Assembly: GCA_022449345.1 (NCBI GenBank)
Contig: JAKURL010000001.1
Location: forward strand, 14,211 to 78,210
Length of the DNA: 64,000 bases
Direction: 5' to 3'
From: Candidatus Thalassarchaeum sp.
GTDB taxonomy: Archaea > Thermoplasmatota > Poseidoniia > Poseidoniales > Thalassarchaeaceae
The notes beneath the pieces were generated by a model. The model saw only the letters and a program-made list of their open reading frames with translations. It ran no database searches and was not told the DNA's origin. Positions 45,780 through 56,435 of the stretch are shown here, piece after piece; the stretch's first letter is position 1, and the number at the start of each line of letters is the position of its first letter. The translations under genes and the position numbers were made by a program.

Positions 45780-46691
45780 TCAGAATGACTGACCGGTCAA
45801 TCTCTCAAACATATCGGCATATAACGTCGATGTTTCGTCGATAATTTCCTGAGGTAAAGCGGGAATTGGAGGTTCTTCGGTTTCGGCCTCCCTAGCAGCG
45901 TAGAGTTCAGAGTGATGGCCTGTCTCAAGGTAATGACCCCTGACGAATTCCTTCGATAGTTGCACTATCTCGCCTCGCTGGTAAGCCTCAGAATCCCACC
46001 ATCTGTCTTCATCCAAGGTGCCGAATGAATCGACTAGAACCGGAACACGGCCTACTCCTAGGGCGAACTCTTTCTTCCCATCCACGTGAATTAATCCACG
46101 CTTTGCAGCCTCGGTTTCAATTATCGCATCGACCTTGACGACAATATCTAGAATCGCATTAAATTCTTCATCAGTCAGGTTAGAAATTTCTAGGGCTTCT
46201 TGTCTGTCAAGCAACCTATCGAATTTTTCGAACTTGGTTGAAACCTCTAGGTATGGTTTGGGTAGTTTTACCCCCTCCTGCAATTTAGTTCCAGGCTCAA
46301 AACCGAACTCTTCTGCTGGAGCATCTCCCTTTGCGTATCTGCGCCAACCACTACCAGCGAGGTAGTGGCGGCAAATTACCTCAAGAGGCACGAATACGTT
46401 CTCTTGATCTCTTGAAATCGCACCGGGCTCTCGAATTACATCAAATCGACGTGCCAATACTCGGTCAGGTGCGTTCATCTCAATAACATGCGTATCGCAA
46501 ATTCCAGCCTCCTTAACGAGTTTAAACCAATGGCATGAGGTTCTGTTTAGTGACTCTCCCTTACGCGGAATTAAGCTCGGGATTATTTGGTCAAAGACGC
46601 TAATTTGGTCAGTATACCTAAATTCGATTACATTCGGATCTTCTGTACTCCAAACCTGCTTCACCTTACCATGGTAGATCATTTCGCCCAT
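45780..46691 (-). CDS. purC: SAICAR synthetase
   Basis: GKVK, TDQIS.FD, EVICRHYLAGS, DGKKEF, LVDSFGTLDEDR and SKEFVR motifs. Confidence 0.93.
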   Translation of the reverse strand: MGEMIYHGKVKQVWSTEDPNVIEFRYTDQISVFDQIIPSLIPRKGESLNRTSCHWFKLVKEAGICDTHVIEMNAPDRVLARRFDVIREPGAISRDQENVFVPLEVICRHYLAGSGWRRYAKGDAPAEEFGFEPGTKLQEGVKLPKPYLEVSTKFEKFDRLLDRQEALEISNLTDEEFNAILDIVVKVDAIIETEAAKRGLIHVDGKKEFALGVGRVPVLVDSFGTLDEDRWWDSEAYQRGEIVQLSKEFVRGHYLETGHHSELYAAREAETEEPPIPALPQEIIDETSTLYADMFERLTGQSF

Positions 46692-46851
46692 ATCAGCAGG
46701 TCCTGTGTGAGACGACGATGAACATTGCTAATGTTAAAACTCTGTCTTTGAGATAGAATTAGTCAGATGAATATGCTGCAAATTAACAAAAATAGAAAGA
46801 AGCGAAATGATACGGGTCGATTCTATATCCTAACTTCTGCGTGGCTGGCTT

Positions 46852-48900
46852 GTGCGCACAGCGACTCCTGGCATTGAGAGAATTTTCTCTTGGTCATCAA
46901 TTGACTCTAAGTCAAGAGTTGTAATCCTAGTCTCGCTATTGCTAATTTGCACAATTCCTCAGTCAACTGGTCAAGAGACAATTACTGGATGGGGGGAAGT
47001 TGAGAGTTGGACGGATAATGACCTGAACGCTGCAGTTATTCATGGAACTAATGTGTGGGTGTTCGGAGATTTTGGAACTGTTCGATATAGTGAAGACAAC
47101 GGGGCTACTTGGCACAACCATTCTGCCCTTGGAAATGCAGACCTAATCGCTGCGGATTCCCTAGATGACTCTATGGCCGTTCTATCCGCTGATGGAATAA
47201 TCCACATGATGTTTGGGCTAGATGCAGACTGGGAAAAAATAGACTCTGGACAAAGTGGCATTAATGGCATCGCAGTAACCGGTGAGCAATCCGTGGTAAT
47301 TGTAGGAGACAAGGGTGCTATTTGGCAGTACACTGATGAGACTTGGTGGAACAGAACAACAACCTTCAATGAGAATCTGCATGATGTTGCCTTCAATGGG
47401 GATCAAGATGGATTGGCCGTTGGTGATGCAGGGACGATTCTGGCAACAAATGATGGAGGCGCTACATGGGATTACAGAGCGGCTCCAGATGCGGATTCCT
47501 CGATTGTTTCAGTATCTTACTTCAATCCATATCGTATGTTCGCAGTAAGTGATTCTGGGCAAATCCTCTACTCCACATCTCCAGGTGGATTTGAGTGGCA
47601 ATTGAGAGAAATTGAATCGATGGATTATGAGACTACACTTGCGACTACTCTTTCCTCGATTGAAGTAGTTTCTTCCTCGAGAATTCTATTTGCTGGACCC
47701 GATGGATATCTTGGATTGAGTTTAGATCAAGGCTTGAATGTTGAAAGAAATATTCTACCTGCAGGAGTAAATACCTCGTTCAATGACCATGCAATGTTCG
47801 ACTACGTAGTGGGCATCGTTGTCGGTGATTCAGGAGTCATCCTGTTTACCGATAGAGCAGGAGAAAACGAAGATATTGGATTCGAAATCCCCGACTACAA
47901 TAACTTTGGAGAATTTGTTGAATATGCAGACGATATGTTGTTGGCTGGATTCATTGCAACGGTAAAAATCGTAGTTTTCGGAATTTTGTTGGGATTCACT
48001 ATTGGGGTTATCTTGGCGATGTTAAAGACTGCACCTACATCTTTCAAGAATGTGCTAGAACGATATTCTACAAATCAAATTAGGGGACTTGGGGCATACT
48101 GTTCGGTAATCGGATTATGGTTATTATACACCGGAGTCAGTAGATTCCCAGAATTACAATTGGAGGGGTTGGAGTACATTTTCACTCCAGTAGGAGACCC
48201 TCGAGGATTTGCGATGTTTGCTTTGGGATTAGCAATTGTTGCAATTTCTATTCAATTCATTCTAGCCGATAAAAAATTGTCCGGACCTCTTTTCAAAGTT
48301 CGACCATTGAACTCATTAGCAACCGTCTATACTGATTTCTTCCGCAACACACCTCTGATTGTGCAATTTATGTTCATCCACTTCGGACTACGTTTGGGAA
48401 TGAGGATTCAACAATTGATGGAAGGAACGTTTGGTGACCCAGGTATTGATGGAATCGACTATTTCTTTTATGGGGACAGAACTTTCCTCAGCGCAATTTT
48501 CACTCTAGGTCTTAACTCAGGAGCATACCAATGCGAGACTATACGTGGTGCGATTTCTGCCATACCTTCGGGTCAAATGGAAGCAGGTAGAAGCATCGGT
48601 CTGACCTATTTGGGAACTATGAGATTAGTAATATTGCCACAAGCGATTAGAATTTGTATCCCCCCAATCGGTAATGAGATGGTTAACTTAGTACTAAATT
48701 CTTCACTAGCAATGGTGATTGGCTATTCTGAACTTTCTCGTCAAGGAAAACTGATGATTGCAACAACCTTCCAAATTTTCTCAGCATGGGGTCTTGTGAT
48801 GATTTCCTACTTCGTAGTTACTTGGACACTCGCCTTGATTCTGAGAAGACTAGAGGACACTACACGCATCCCTGGATTAGGGATTTCAGGAGGTTCATGA
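46852..48900 (+). CDS. Polar amino-acid ABC permease (HisM/GlnP family) fused to an N-terminal YCF48/BNR-type beta-propeller
   Basis: Permease motifs FFRNTPLIVQF, LNSGAY..ETIRGAI.AIP.GQ.EAGRSIG and ILPQAIR..NSSLA. Blades GDFGTVRYSEDNGATW and GDAGTILATNDGGATW. Confidence 0.88.
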   Translation: MRTATPGIERIFSWSSIDSKSRVVILVSLLLICTIPQSTGQETITGWGEVESWTDNDLNAAVIHGTNVWVFGDFGTVRYSEDNGATWHNHSALGNADLIAADSLDDSMAVLSADGIIHMMFGLDADWEKIDSGQSGINGIAVTGEQSVVIVGDKGAIWQYTDETWWNRTTTFNENLHDVAFNGDQDGLAVGDAGTILATNDGGATWDYRAAPDADSSIVSVSYFNPYRMFAVSDSGQILYSTSPGGFEWQLREIESMDYETTLATTLSSIEVVSSSRILFAGPDGYLGLSLDQGLNVERNILPAGVNTSFNDHAMFDYVVGIVVGDSGVILFTDRAGENEDIGFEIPDYNNFGEFVEYADDMLLAGFIATVKIVVFGILLGFTIGVILAMLKTAPTSFKNVLERYSTNQIRGLGAYCSVIGLWLLYTGVSRFPELQLEGLEYIFTPVGDPRGFAMFALGLAIVAISIQFILADKKLSGPLFKVRPLNSLATVYTDFFRNTPLIVQFMFIHFGLRLGMRIQQLMEGTFGDPGIDGIDYFFYGDRTFLSAIFTLGLNSGAYQCETIRGAISAIPSGQMEAGRSIGLTYLGTMRLVILPQAIRICIPPIGNEMVNLVLNSSLAMVIGYSELSRQGKLMIATTFQIFSAWGLVMISYFVVTWTLALILRRLEDTTRIPGLGISGGS

Positions 48901-49734
48901 ATGCCTGAAATAGTCCTATCAATCCGCGATTTACACAAGATGTATGCCGGAGGCGTTCATGCTGTAAGAGGTGTCTCTTTTGACGTTCATGAGGGTGAAT
49001 CAGTAGCAATAATCGGCTCCTCTGGTTCAGGTAAATCTACCGTGCTACGTTGCATAAATCGACTGATTGAGCCAACGGACGGTGTAATCGAGCTAAGGGG
49101 TGAACAAATTAACACTCCAAGTGCAGATGTTAACCGCGTTAGGAGTAGAATAGGAATGGTCTTCCAGTCCTTCGAATTATTTGCTCACCTGAAAGTCGTG
49201 GATAACGTCACACTAGGATTGCGCCACGTTCGGGGTATGAGTAAAGATGAGGCGGAGAAGGTTGCTCTAGAGGTATTAGGAAGAGTGGATATGCTTGAGC
49301 GAGTCGATGCATATCCTGGCAATCTATCAGGAGGTCAAAAGCAACGGGTTGCAATTGCTAGGGCTCTAGCGATGATGCCTGAGGTTATCCTATTCGATGA
49401 ACCAACTAGCGCACTCGACCCCGAATTAATTGGCTCGGTATTGCAAACCATTCGTGGATTGGCCGATGAGGGTATGACTATGGTTATCGTGACACATGAA
49501 ATTAATTTCGCTAGGGATGTAGCCGACAGAATCGTCTACTTAGATCATGGACAAGTAGCTGAAGAAGGACCTTCGTCAATCATCAACGATCCGAAGACTG
49601 AAAGACTACAAAAATTCCTCTCATCAATGCACGAAGATGAAGTTCCAGAAGCGATTGAGAAAGAACTGGTCGATGGGAATACTGGATATGGGTATGTTCC
49701 CGATGGTAAGGGAGCCGGGCCGCGTGTCCGCTGA
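48901..49734 (+). CDS. Amino-acid ABC transporter ATP-binding subunit (GlnQ-like)
   Basis: GSSGSGKST, FQSFELF, LSGGQKQRVAIARAL, FDEPTSALDPE and VTHE motifs. Confidence 0.95.
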   Translation: MPEIVLSIRDLHKMYAGGVHAVRGVSFDVHEGESVAIIGSSGSGKSTVLRCINRLIEPTDGVIELRGEQINTPSADVNRVRSRIGMVFQSFELFAHLKVVDNVTLGLRHVRGMSKDEAEKVALEVLGRVDMLERVDAYPGNLSGGQKQRVAIARALAMMPEVILFDEPTSALDPELIGSVLQTIRGLADEGMTMVIVTHEINFARDVADRIVYLDHGQVAEEGPSSIINDPKTERLQKFLSSMHEDEVPEAIEKELVDGNTGYGYVPDGKGAGPRVR

Positions 49735-49740
49735 GAATTT

Positions 49741-51189
<1,449 letters not shown>

Positions 51190-51195
51190 TCAACA

Positions 51196-51219
51196 GAACA
51201 CGCCCCGTAGGGGCTGTTC
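51196..51219. terminator. GC-rich hairpin just downstream of the HD gene
   Basis: GAACA..GCCCC-GTA-GGGGC-TGTTC, 5 bp past the stop at 51225. Confidence 0.4.
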
Positions 51220-51224
51220 TGAGA

Positions 51225-52541
51225 TCAGGCGAATAGGTGTCTCTCGGCTAATTTTGCCACATTTTTCTGATGACCTGGTAGTGTCATTACGTAAACTACG
51301 GCTTGGCTAACCTGTCGCTTTCTCAGGGCCTCCGCGATTGGAGTGTGCTCACTGAATCTTCGAGTTCTACCATCGTCCCCAATTATTCGGACATCTACAG
51401 CCGCCATTCGTGGTTCGGATAGTAGCAATTTGACGCTTGGAACGTCAATTGCAACATAACCTAGTTCTAGACCTGCTCTGTGTGCTAGATCGTCTTCTAT
51501 TTCTCTACGCTTTTCGGAACTTGTGGCAATTTCCACTAGTCTTTGAATTTGTGAGGAGGATAGTTCCTCTTGTCTCCTACTTGTAGCAACCTTCAGCATC
51601 TGACGATACTTTAGTCGGCGCATCATATCTCGAGAGTAATCACCCGCTTCATAGAGTGCCTGCCACATTTCAGCATCTACACTTCTTTGCATCTCCTTTG
51701 GATCCGGTAAGTAATCCGCCGAGCGTTCCACCGCTCGGCTGAGCATTACTTCTGTTACTCTTGTGACACGATGGAAATATACCGCGCTATACATCAGACC
51801 TCTAGCCATCAACATTCCTTCTAGGGAAGTTAGTCCTCCTTCTTCTACGGCAATATCACCTCCATGTCTACGCAGGCAAGAAATTAGTCGGTGATGGTCT
51901 ACGATTCCGTGTTTTACACCTGTAAAATGTGAATCCCGCAATAGATAGTCGATTTGGTCGCAATCAACGGGCCCATGTACGAGGTGACCGAGTGTTCGGT
52001 CTTCTGCAACCAAGTCCTCCTTTCCATCAGTCCAAGATAGTAGGGTTCTTTCTGTGCCCCTCGCATCTGGACCTCGAATCAACGCCGCTACATCTTCTGG
52101 TTCAATATCGTAGGATTCTAGAATCTCTGGAATCCTTTTTCGATCATTGATGCTAGTCTCTTCACCTTCACGCAATACATCATATTCGCCGAGAATAATT
52201 CCCTCTGTAATCGACATATGATCAAGGCCACCCCTTTCATGGAGTATGTGCTCTAAGGTGTGCGAATAAGGGCCATGCCCTACATCGTGTAACATTCCAG
52301 CAACTTGCACCAAAGTCTTCTCAAATTCTTCCAGGCCCATGGCATCGGCCATCATCCCACCTACGTGAGACACTCCTAGAGAATGCTCGAAGCGAGTGTG
52401 GTGTGCTCCTGGGAAAACAAGGTGAGCTAAGCCAAGTTGTTTGATGTGGCTAAGTTTGTTCATCTCTGGAGTTGAGAGCAAATCTGCCGTAACTCCGTCA
52501 AGAGAAATCTGTCCATGAATCGTGTCGTTGATGACCTTCAT
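51225..52541 (-). CDS. HD-domain phosphohydrolase (SAMHD1/YdhJ-like dNTPase family)
   Basis: INDTIHG, KQLGL, HTRFEHSLGV, LHDVGHGPYSH and D.DQIDYL.RD motifs. Confidence 0.9.
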   Translation of the reverse strand: MKVINDTIHGQISLDGVTADLLSTPEMNKLSHIKQLGLAHLVFPGAHHTRFEHSLGVSHVGGMMADAMGLEEFEKTLVQVAGMLHDVGHGPYSHTLEHILHERGGLDHMSITEGIILGEYDVLREGEETSINDRKRIPEILESYDIEPEDVAALIRGPDARGTERTLLSWTDGKEDLVAEDRTLGHLVHGPVDCDQIDYLLRDSHFTGVKHGIVDHHRLISCLRRHGGDIAVEEGGLTSLEGMLMARGLMYSAVYFHRVTRVTEVMLSRAVERSADYLPDPKEMQRSVDAEMWQALYEAGDYSRDMMRRLKYRQMLKVATSRRQEELSSSQIQRLVEIATSSEKRREIEDDLAHRAGLELGYVAIDVPSVKLLLSEPRMAAVDVRIIGDDGRTRRFSEHTPIAEALRKRQVSQAVVYVMTLPGHQKNVAKLAERHLFA

Positions 52542-52654
52542 GTCTCACCCTGCGCGATTCCGAGATACTCTCCCCCCTTCAACTGAACTGCGCATGGAGG
52601 ATGGCGGCTGTCTGCAATTTTGGCAATATCGTAATCAAATTTCTAGCGTCATGT

Positions 52655-52676
52655 ATTTCATTTGCATTTCATTTGC
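52655..52676. repeat. Perfect 11-bp tandem direct repeat in a divergent intergenic region
   Basis: ATTTCATTTGC twice (52655-52665 and 52666-52676). Confidence 0.7.
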
Positions 52677-52726
52677 AATACACTTAAGAGCCCTAGGCCT
52701 TCTTGCAGACTCAGGAGGAATGCAGA

Positions 52727-53092
52727 ATGGCAGGTCAAAGCCCGATGATTTCACTAAGAATTCCAGAAGATTACTTGCTAGAACTCGAGCGCAGGGTCGG
52801 ATTCGATGGCATGAGAAACAAGTCTGATGTTATTCGAGAAGCCATCAGGAGATTCTTGGCTACGCCTGCGATTCCTTCCGGCATCCGCATCGAGGTAGAA
52901 TTAGGCCCCGACCTGAGTGTTCGCTTGGACGACTTCTGTCGAATCCATGGCGAACAGCCAGATGTCGTCCTACGATATGCAGCGCGCGAACACATCGCTC
53001 GTTCATCTGCTGACGATGCAACAGTCGATGCGGCGCTACGTAAGCGCCTCGATGAGCTTCGTGCTCGCTTCGATGAATCGACTGAACAATGA
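52727..53092 (+). CDS. Ribbon-helix-helix (CopG/NikR-like) protein with two RHH-like halves
   Basis: MISLRIPEDYLLELE..NKSDVIREAIRRFL and IEVELG.DL..RLDDFC..PDVVLRYAAREHI. GGAGG SD before ATG 52727. Confidence 0.85.
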   Translation: MAGQSPMISLRIPEDYLLELERRVGFDGMRNKSDVIREAIRRFLATPAIPSGIRIEVELGPDLSVRLDDFCRIHGEQPDVVLRYAAREHIARSSADDATVDAALRKRLDELRARFDESTEQ

Positions 53093-53102
53093 GGTGAGAG
53101 AC

Positions 53103-53327
53103 GTGGGTGAGAATGGGATGCACTCAAACTCCGCGGGGGGGGGACAAGATCGCCCCCCCGCACAAACCTCCTCTGGGGCAGTATTGACAGTCGGATTCAA
53201 TGGACTTCGTAGAAGGGCTAAACTCTCTAACGCGGTTGGATATTCCGCCACAGATGCCCCTAGACATAAGCGCCCGGATCTTTCACCACGCAGCCGACAC
53301 CACGACCTAGAAAAGCGTGAAAAATGA
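53103..53327 (+). CDS. Possible small basic protein (74 aa)
   Basis: GAGGTGA SD overlaps the RHH stop, 5 nt before GTG 53103. No motif; the region is also strongly self-complementary. Confidence 0.35.
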   Translation: MGENGMHSNSAGGGQDRPPAQTSSGAVLTVGFNGLRRRAKLSNAVGYSATDAPRHKRPDLSPRSRHHDLEKREK

Positions 53328-53344
53328 AACTCAACACACACACC

Positions 53345-53367
53345 GTCCCGCCCATTTCGGGCGGGAC
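53345..53367. terminator. Perfect 9-bp GC hairpin
   Basis: GTCCCGCCC-ATTTC-GGGCGGGAC. Confidence 0.45.
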
Positions 53368-53431
53368 ACAAAATATTGAATACAGAGGCAGCAGGCTGAA
53401 CCTTGATGGATGAGTGCCCTAATCACGGCCC

Positions 53432-56344
53432 ATGGCGGTGGACATCTCCGACCTCTCCAGATTTGAGAGATTGACTCCATTCCGAGTCCGAGATGTGTTA
53501 CTGGTAGCCAGTCCTTTCGACCACTACCTTCTCGAGGAGTCTGGCTATTTAGCTGAAATTATGCGCCAGGAATACTCCGACCTAAACCTCTCTCAGGCAC
53601 CGAGGATGATTCATAGCCCTCAAGCTAATGACGCTCTAGAACTTCTTCGAACACGCAGTTTCGACCTAGTAATTACAATGGTTAGGGTTGGTGTGATGGA
53701 CGCTTATGCATTCGGTAGAGAAGCCAAGCGAATCAATCCTGAATTGCCAGTGGTTATGCTCAGCCACAATACGAGAGAATTGGCGACCCTTCACTCCGGC
53801 GATGGTATAGACCGAATTTTCGTATGGACGGGGGATAGTCGAATTCTGTTATCGATTTGCAAATTGATTGAAGATGAAAGAAATGTTGCCAACGACGTTG
53901 AGAATGCCGATGTTCAAGTGATTTTGCTAATCGAGGATAGTCGTAGATTTTACTCGGCATATCTACCATTACTGTATACACAATTGGTTAACCAAACAAT
54001 GCGACTCATGGGGGAAGGGGGTAACCTCCACGAGAGATTGCTCAGGTTACGCGCTAGGGCAAAAATTCTCCTAGCGAATGATTACCCGACGGCGCAGGAA
54101 TTGGTAGACAAATATCATAGAAACATAATCGGAATTTTCACCGATGGAAAATTTCCAGACCCTGTCGGTGGAAGGGATACTGCAGGTCTAAAACTTGTTC
54201 AATATGTAAAGGAAAAAGATTCTAACCTGCCTATTTTATTCCAATCAAAAAATATCGAACTAAAGGAGGACGCTGAATCTTTAGGGGTACGTTTCCTCCA
54301 CAAAGAGGATTCGCAGTTATACTCTAGAATTGCAGATTTTATGCTGCAAGAAATGAGTTTCGGGGATTTCGTGTTCAAGATGCCAGACGGTAAAGAAATC
54401 GCACGGGCTTCAACACTCAGAGAGTTGACTGCTCAATTAAAAGATGCACCAATCGAGTCCGTTGAATTCCACGCTCATCGAAACCAATTCTCACATTGGC
54501 TTAGGACAAGAACTGAATTCACCTTGGCTGGAAGATTACGGCCTCTTACGTTATCTGACTTTGAGACTACCGAAGAAATTCGTGAGTTTATTCTCGGTTC
54601 GATTGAATCCCATCTATCACAAACTCGCAGTAGGACCATTCGGGATCACGATGCTGAAGGTGGTGAAATCGGATTTCAAAGAATCGGCAGAGGTAGTTTA
54701 GGAGGAAAGGGCCGTGGTTTAGCCTTCTTCTTCACAAGAATGCCCGACCTCGGTTTAGAGGATAAATTCCCTGAGGTCAATTTCATAATTCCAAGATCCG
54801 TTGTTCTATCGACAAACATCTTTGAGGATTTCATCGAAAAGAACAACCTATCACGATACGCCCATGAAGATCATCTGAATTCCGAAGTCGATGCTGCATT
54901 CATCGCCGGAGACCTATCCGAAAAGGTTCGAGATGAGTTGTTGGCTATCGTTTCAAGATTGAAATGGCCGCTGGCAATTCGCTCTTCGAGCTTACTTGAG
55001 GATGCCAGCCACCAGCCATTCGCAGGGGTCTATTCCACACATATGCTAGCCAATGACCACCAGAATCTCGATATTCGACTGAGGAGATTAGAAGAGGCTA
55101 TCAAACTCGTGTATGCCTCAACATATCACAAGAGCTCGAAGGCATACGTTTCAGCCACTCCGTCGAATATCGAGGATGAACGAATGGCTGTTGTAATTCA
55201 GGAATTGGTCGGTAGAGAAGTGAATGGTAGATTCTATCCTCATATTTCAGGGGCCGCTCGATCACGCAATCATTACCCAATCGCGCCACTCAAGGCCGAA
55301 GACGGAATTGCTGCTGTTTGTATTGGCTTAGGAAGACAAGTTGCTTCTGGGGAAAAATGTCTTAGATTTAGCCCGGGCCAACCAAAGAGAATCCACCAAT
55401 TCCATAGTACAGATTCAATCCTCAACACCTCGCAGATGAGTTTCTGGGCGATTCCTATGGGGAAGTCGGAAACACCGGTATCGTCCGATGAGGCTAAAAA
55501 TCTGGTAAACCTAGATTTGAACGAAGCTGAAATCGATGGTAGACTCGGCTTGGTCGGTTCAACATACATTTCTGATGACGACCGAATAGTGGACTCACTA
55601 CGCGCAGATGGAGGACCTAGAGTGGTTACATTCGCTCCGATTCTAAAAAATAAGCGAGTGCCTCTTGCTAGTATCTTACACCATGTATTGACTCGATGTG
55701 AGAGTTATCTCAACTCACCCATTGAGATAGAGTTTGCATTCGTCCTAGACGAAGAAACTGAACAACAAATCTTCGCTCTATTACAGGTTCGGCCGATACT
55801 GGAAGAATCAGTCGATATCGACATTGACATGAGTGAGGTAGACAAGAGTCGTGCTATCTGTATGTCTACCCAATCCCTAGGGAATGGTGTAATCGACGAC
55901 ATCAGTGATGTTGTCTATATCCATCCAAATCGACTGGACCGAATGAAGACAAGTGATTTAACCGACCACATTGAAGAAATCGATGCGAAACTGAGGCAAG
56001 ATGGTAGGCCATACCTTCTGATTGGACCTGGAAGATGGGGTTCTTCCGATCCATCGCTAGGAATTCCTGTATCTTGGGATCAAATCAGGGGGGCGAAGGC
56101 GATTATTGAGGTCCCAATGTCCGACATCCATGTCGAACCGAGCCAAGGTACTCATTTCTTCCAGAATATTGTCACATTCCATATTGGATACCTAACGATT
56201 ACTGACGAAGATTTGCTCGATTTTGATTGGTTAGATGGGGTTGATAGTGAAGCAGAAATCGGGCCTCTTCGACATATTTCTTTGAAAAAACCACTCAAAG
56301 TCGTATTAGATAGCAGAGACTCTGAGGCAATAATTCTGAGATGA
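53432..56344 (+). CDS. Receiver-domain / PPDK-N (ATP-grasp) fusion protein lacking the PEP-binding barrel
   Basis: Two receiver-like repeats (VLLVAS..FDLVITM and ILLIEDS..IFTDGKFP); GSLGGKGRGLAF, AIRSSSLLED..FAG.Y.T, MAVVIQE; C-terminal EPSQGTHFFQN. Confidence 0.85.
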   Translation: MAVDISDLSRFERLTPFRVRDVLLVASPFDHYLLEESGYLAEIMRQEYSDLNLSQAPRMIHSPQANDALELLRTRSFDLVITMVRVGVMDAYAFGREAKRINPELPVVMLSHNTRELATLHSGDGIDRIFVWTGDSRILLSICKLIEDERNVANDVENADVQVILLIEDSRRFYSAYLPLLYTQLVNQTMRLMGEGGNLHERLLRLRARAKILLANDYPTAQELVDKYHRNIIGIFTDGKFPDPVGGRDTAGLKLVQYVKEKDSNLPILFQSKNIELKEDAESLGVRFLHKEDSQLYSRIADFMLQEMSFGDFVFKMPDGKEIARASTLRELTAQLKDAPIESVEFHAHRNQFSHWLRTRTEFTLAGRLRPLTLSDFETTEEIREFILGSIESHLSQTRSRTIRDHDAEGGEIGFQRIGRGSLGGKGRGLAFFFTRMPDLGLEDKFPEVNFIIPRSVVLSTNIFEDFIEKNNLSRYAHEDHLNSEVDAAFIAGDLSEKVRDELLAIVSRLKWPLAIRSSSLLEDASHQPFAGVYSTHMLANDHQNLDIRLRRLEEAIKLVYASTYHKSSKAYVSATPSNIEDERMAVVIQELVGREVNGRFYPHISGAARSRNHYPIAPLKAEDGIAAVCIGLGRQVASGEKCLRFSPGQPKRIHQFHSTDSILNTSQMSFWAIPMGKSETPVSSDEAKNLVNLDLNEAEIDGRLGLVGSTYISDDDRIVDSLRADGGPRVVTFAPILKNKRVPLASILHHVLTRCESYLNSPIEIEFAFVLDEETEQQIFALLQVRPILEESVDIDIDMSEVDKSRAICMSTQSLGNGVIDDISDVVYIHPNRLDRMKTSDLTDHIEEIDAKLRQDGRPYLLIGPGRWGSSDPSLGIPVSWDQIRGAKAIIEVPMSDIHVEPSQGTHFFQNIVTFHIGYLTITDEDLLDFDWLDGVDSEAEIGPLRHISLKKPLKVVLDSRDSEAIILR

Positions 56345-56435
56345 TTTGCTTAGCCTTTGTTGTGGTGAATTTTGTCTGATTACCACCATTGTTAGAGCCA
56401 ATCTTCTTGGGCGGCCTATCGGCAGGTCCGACTCC

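Noticed and set aside
46700-46800. ACGATGA C-box-like motif in the purC/ABC intergenic region
   Set aside because: No convincing D', C' or D boxes at the expected spacing.
53255-53300. Minus-strand GTGAAAGATCCGGGC resembling RNase P GAGGAAAGUCCGGGC; also considered a lysine riboswitch
   Set aside because: The match is imperfect, no complementary 3' P4 motif is seen, and the riboswitch core motifs are absent.
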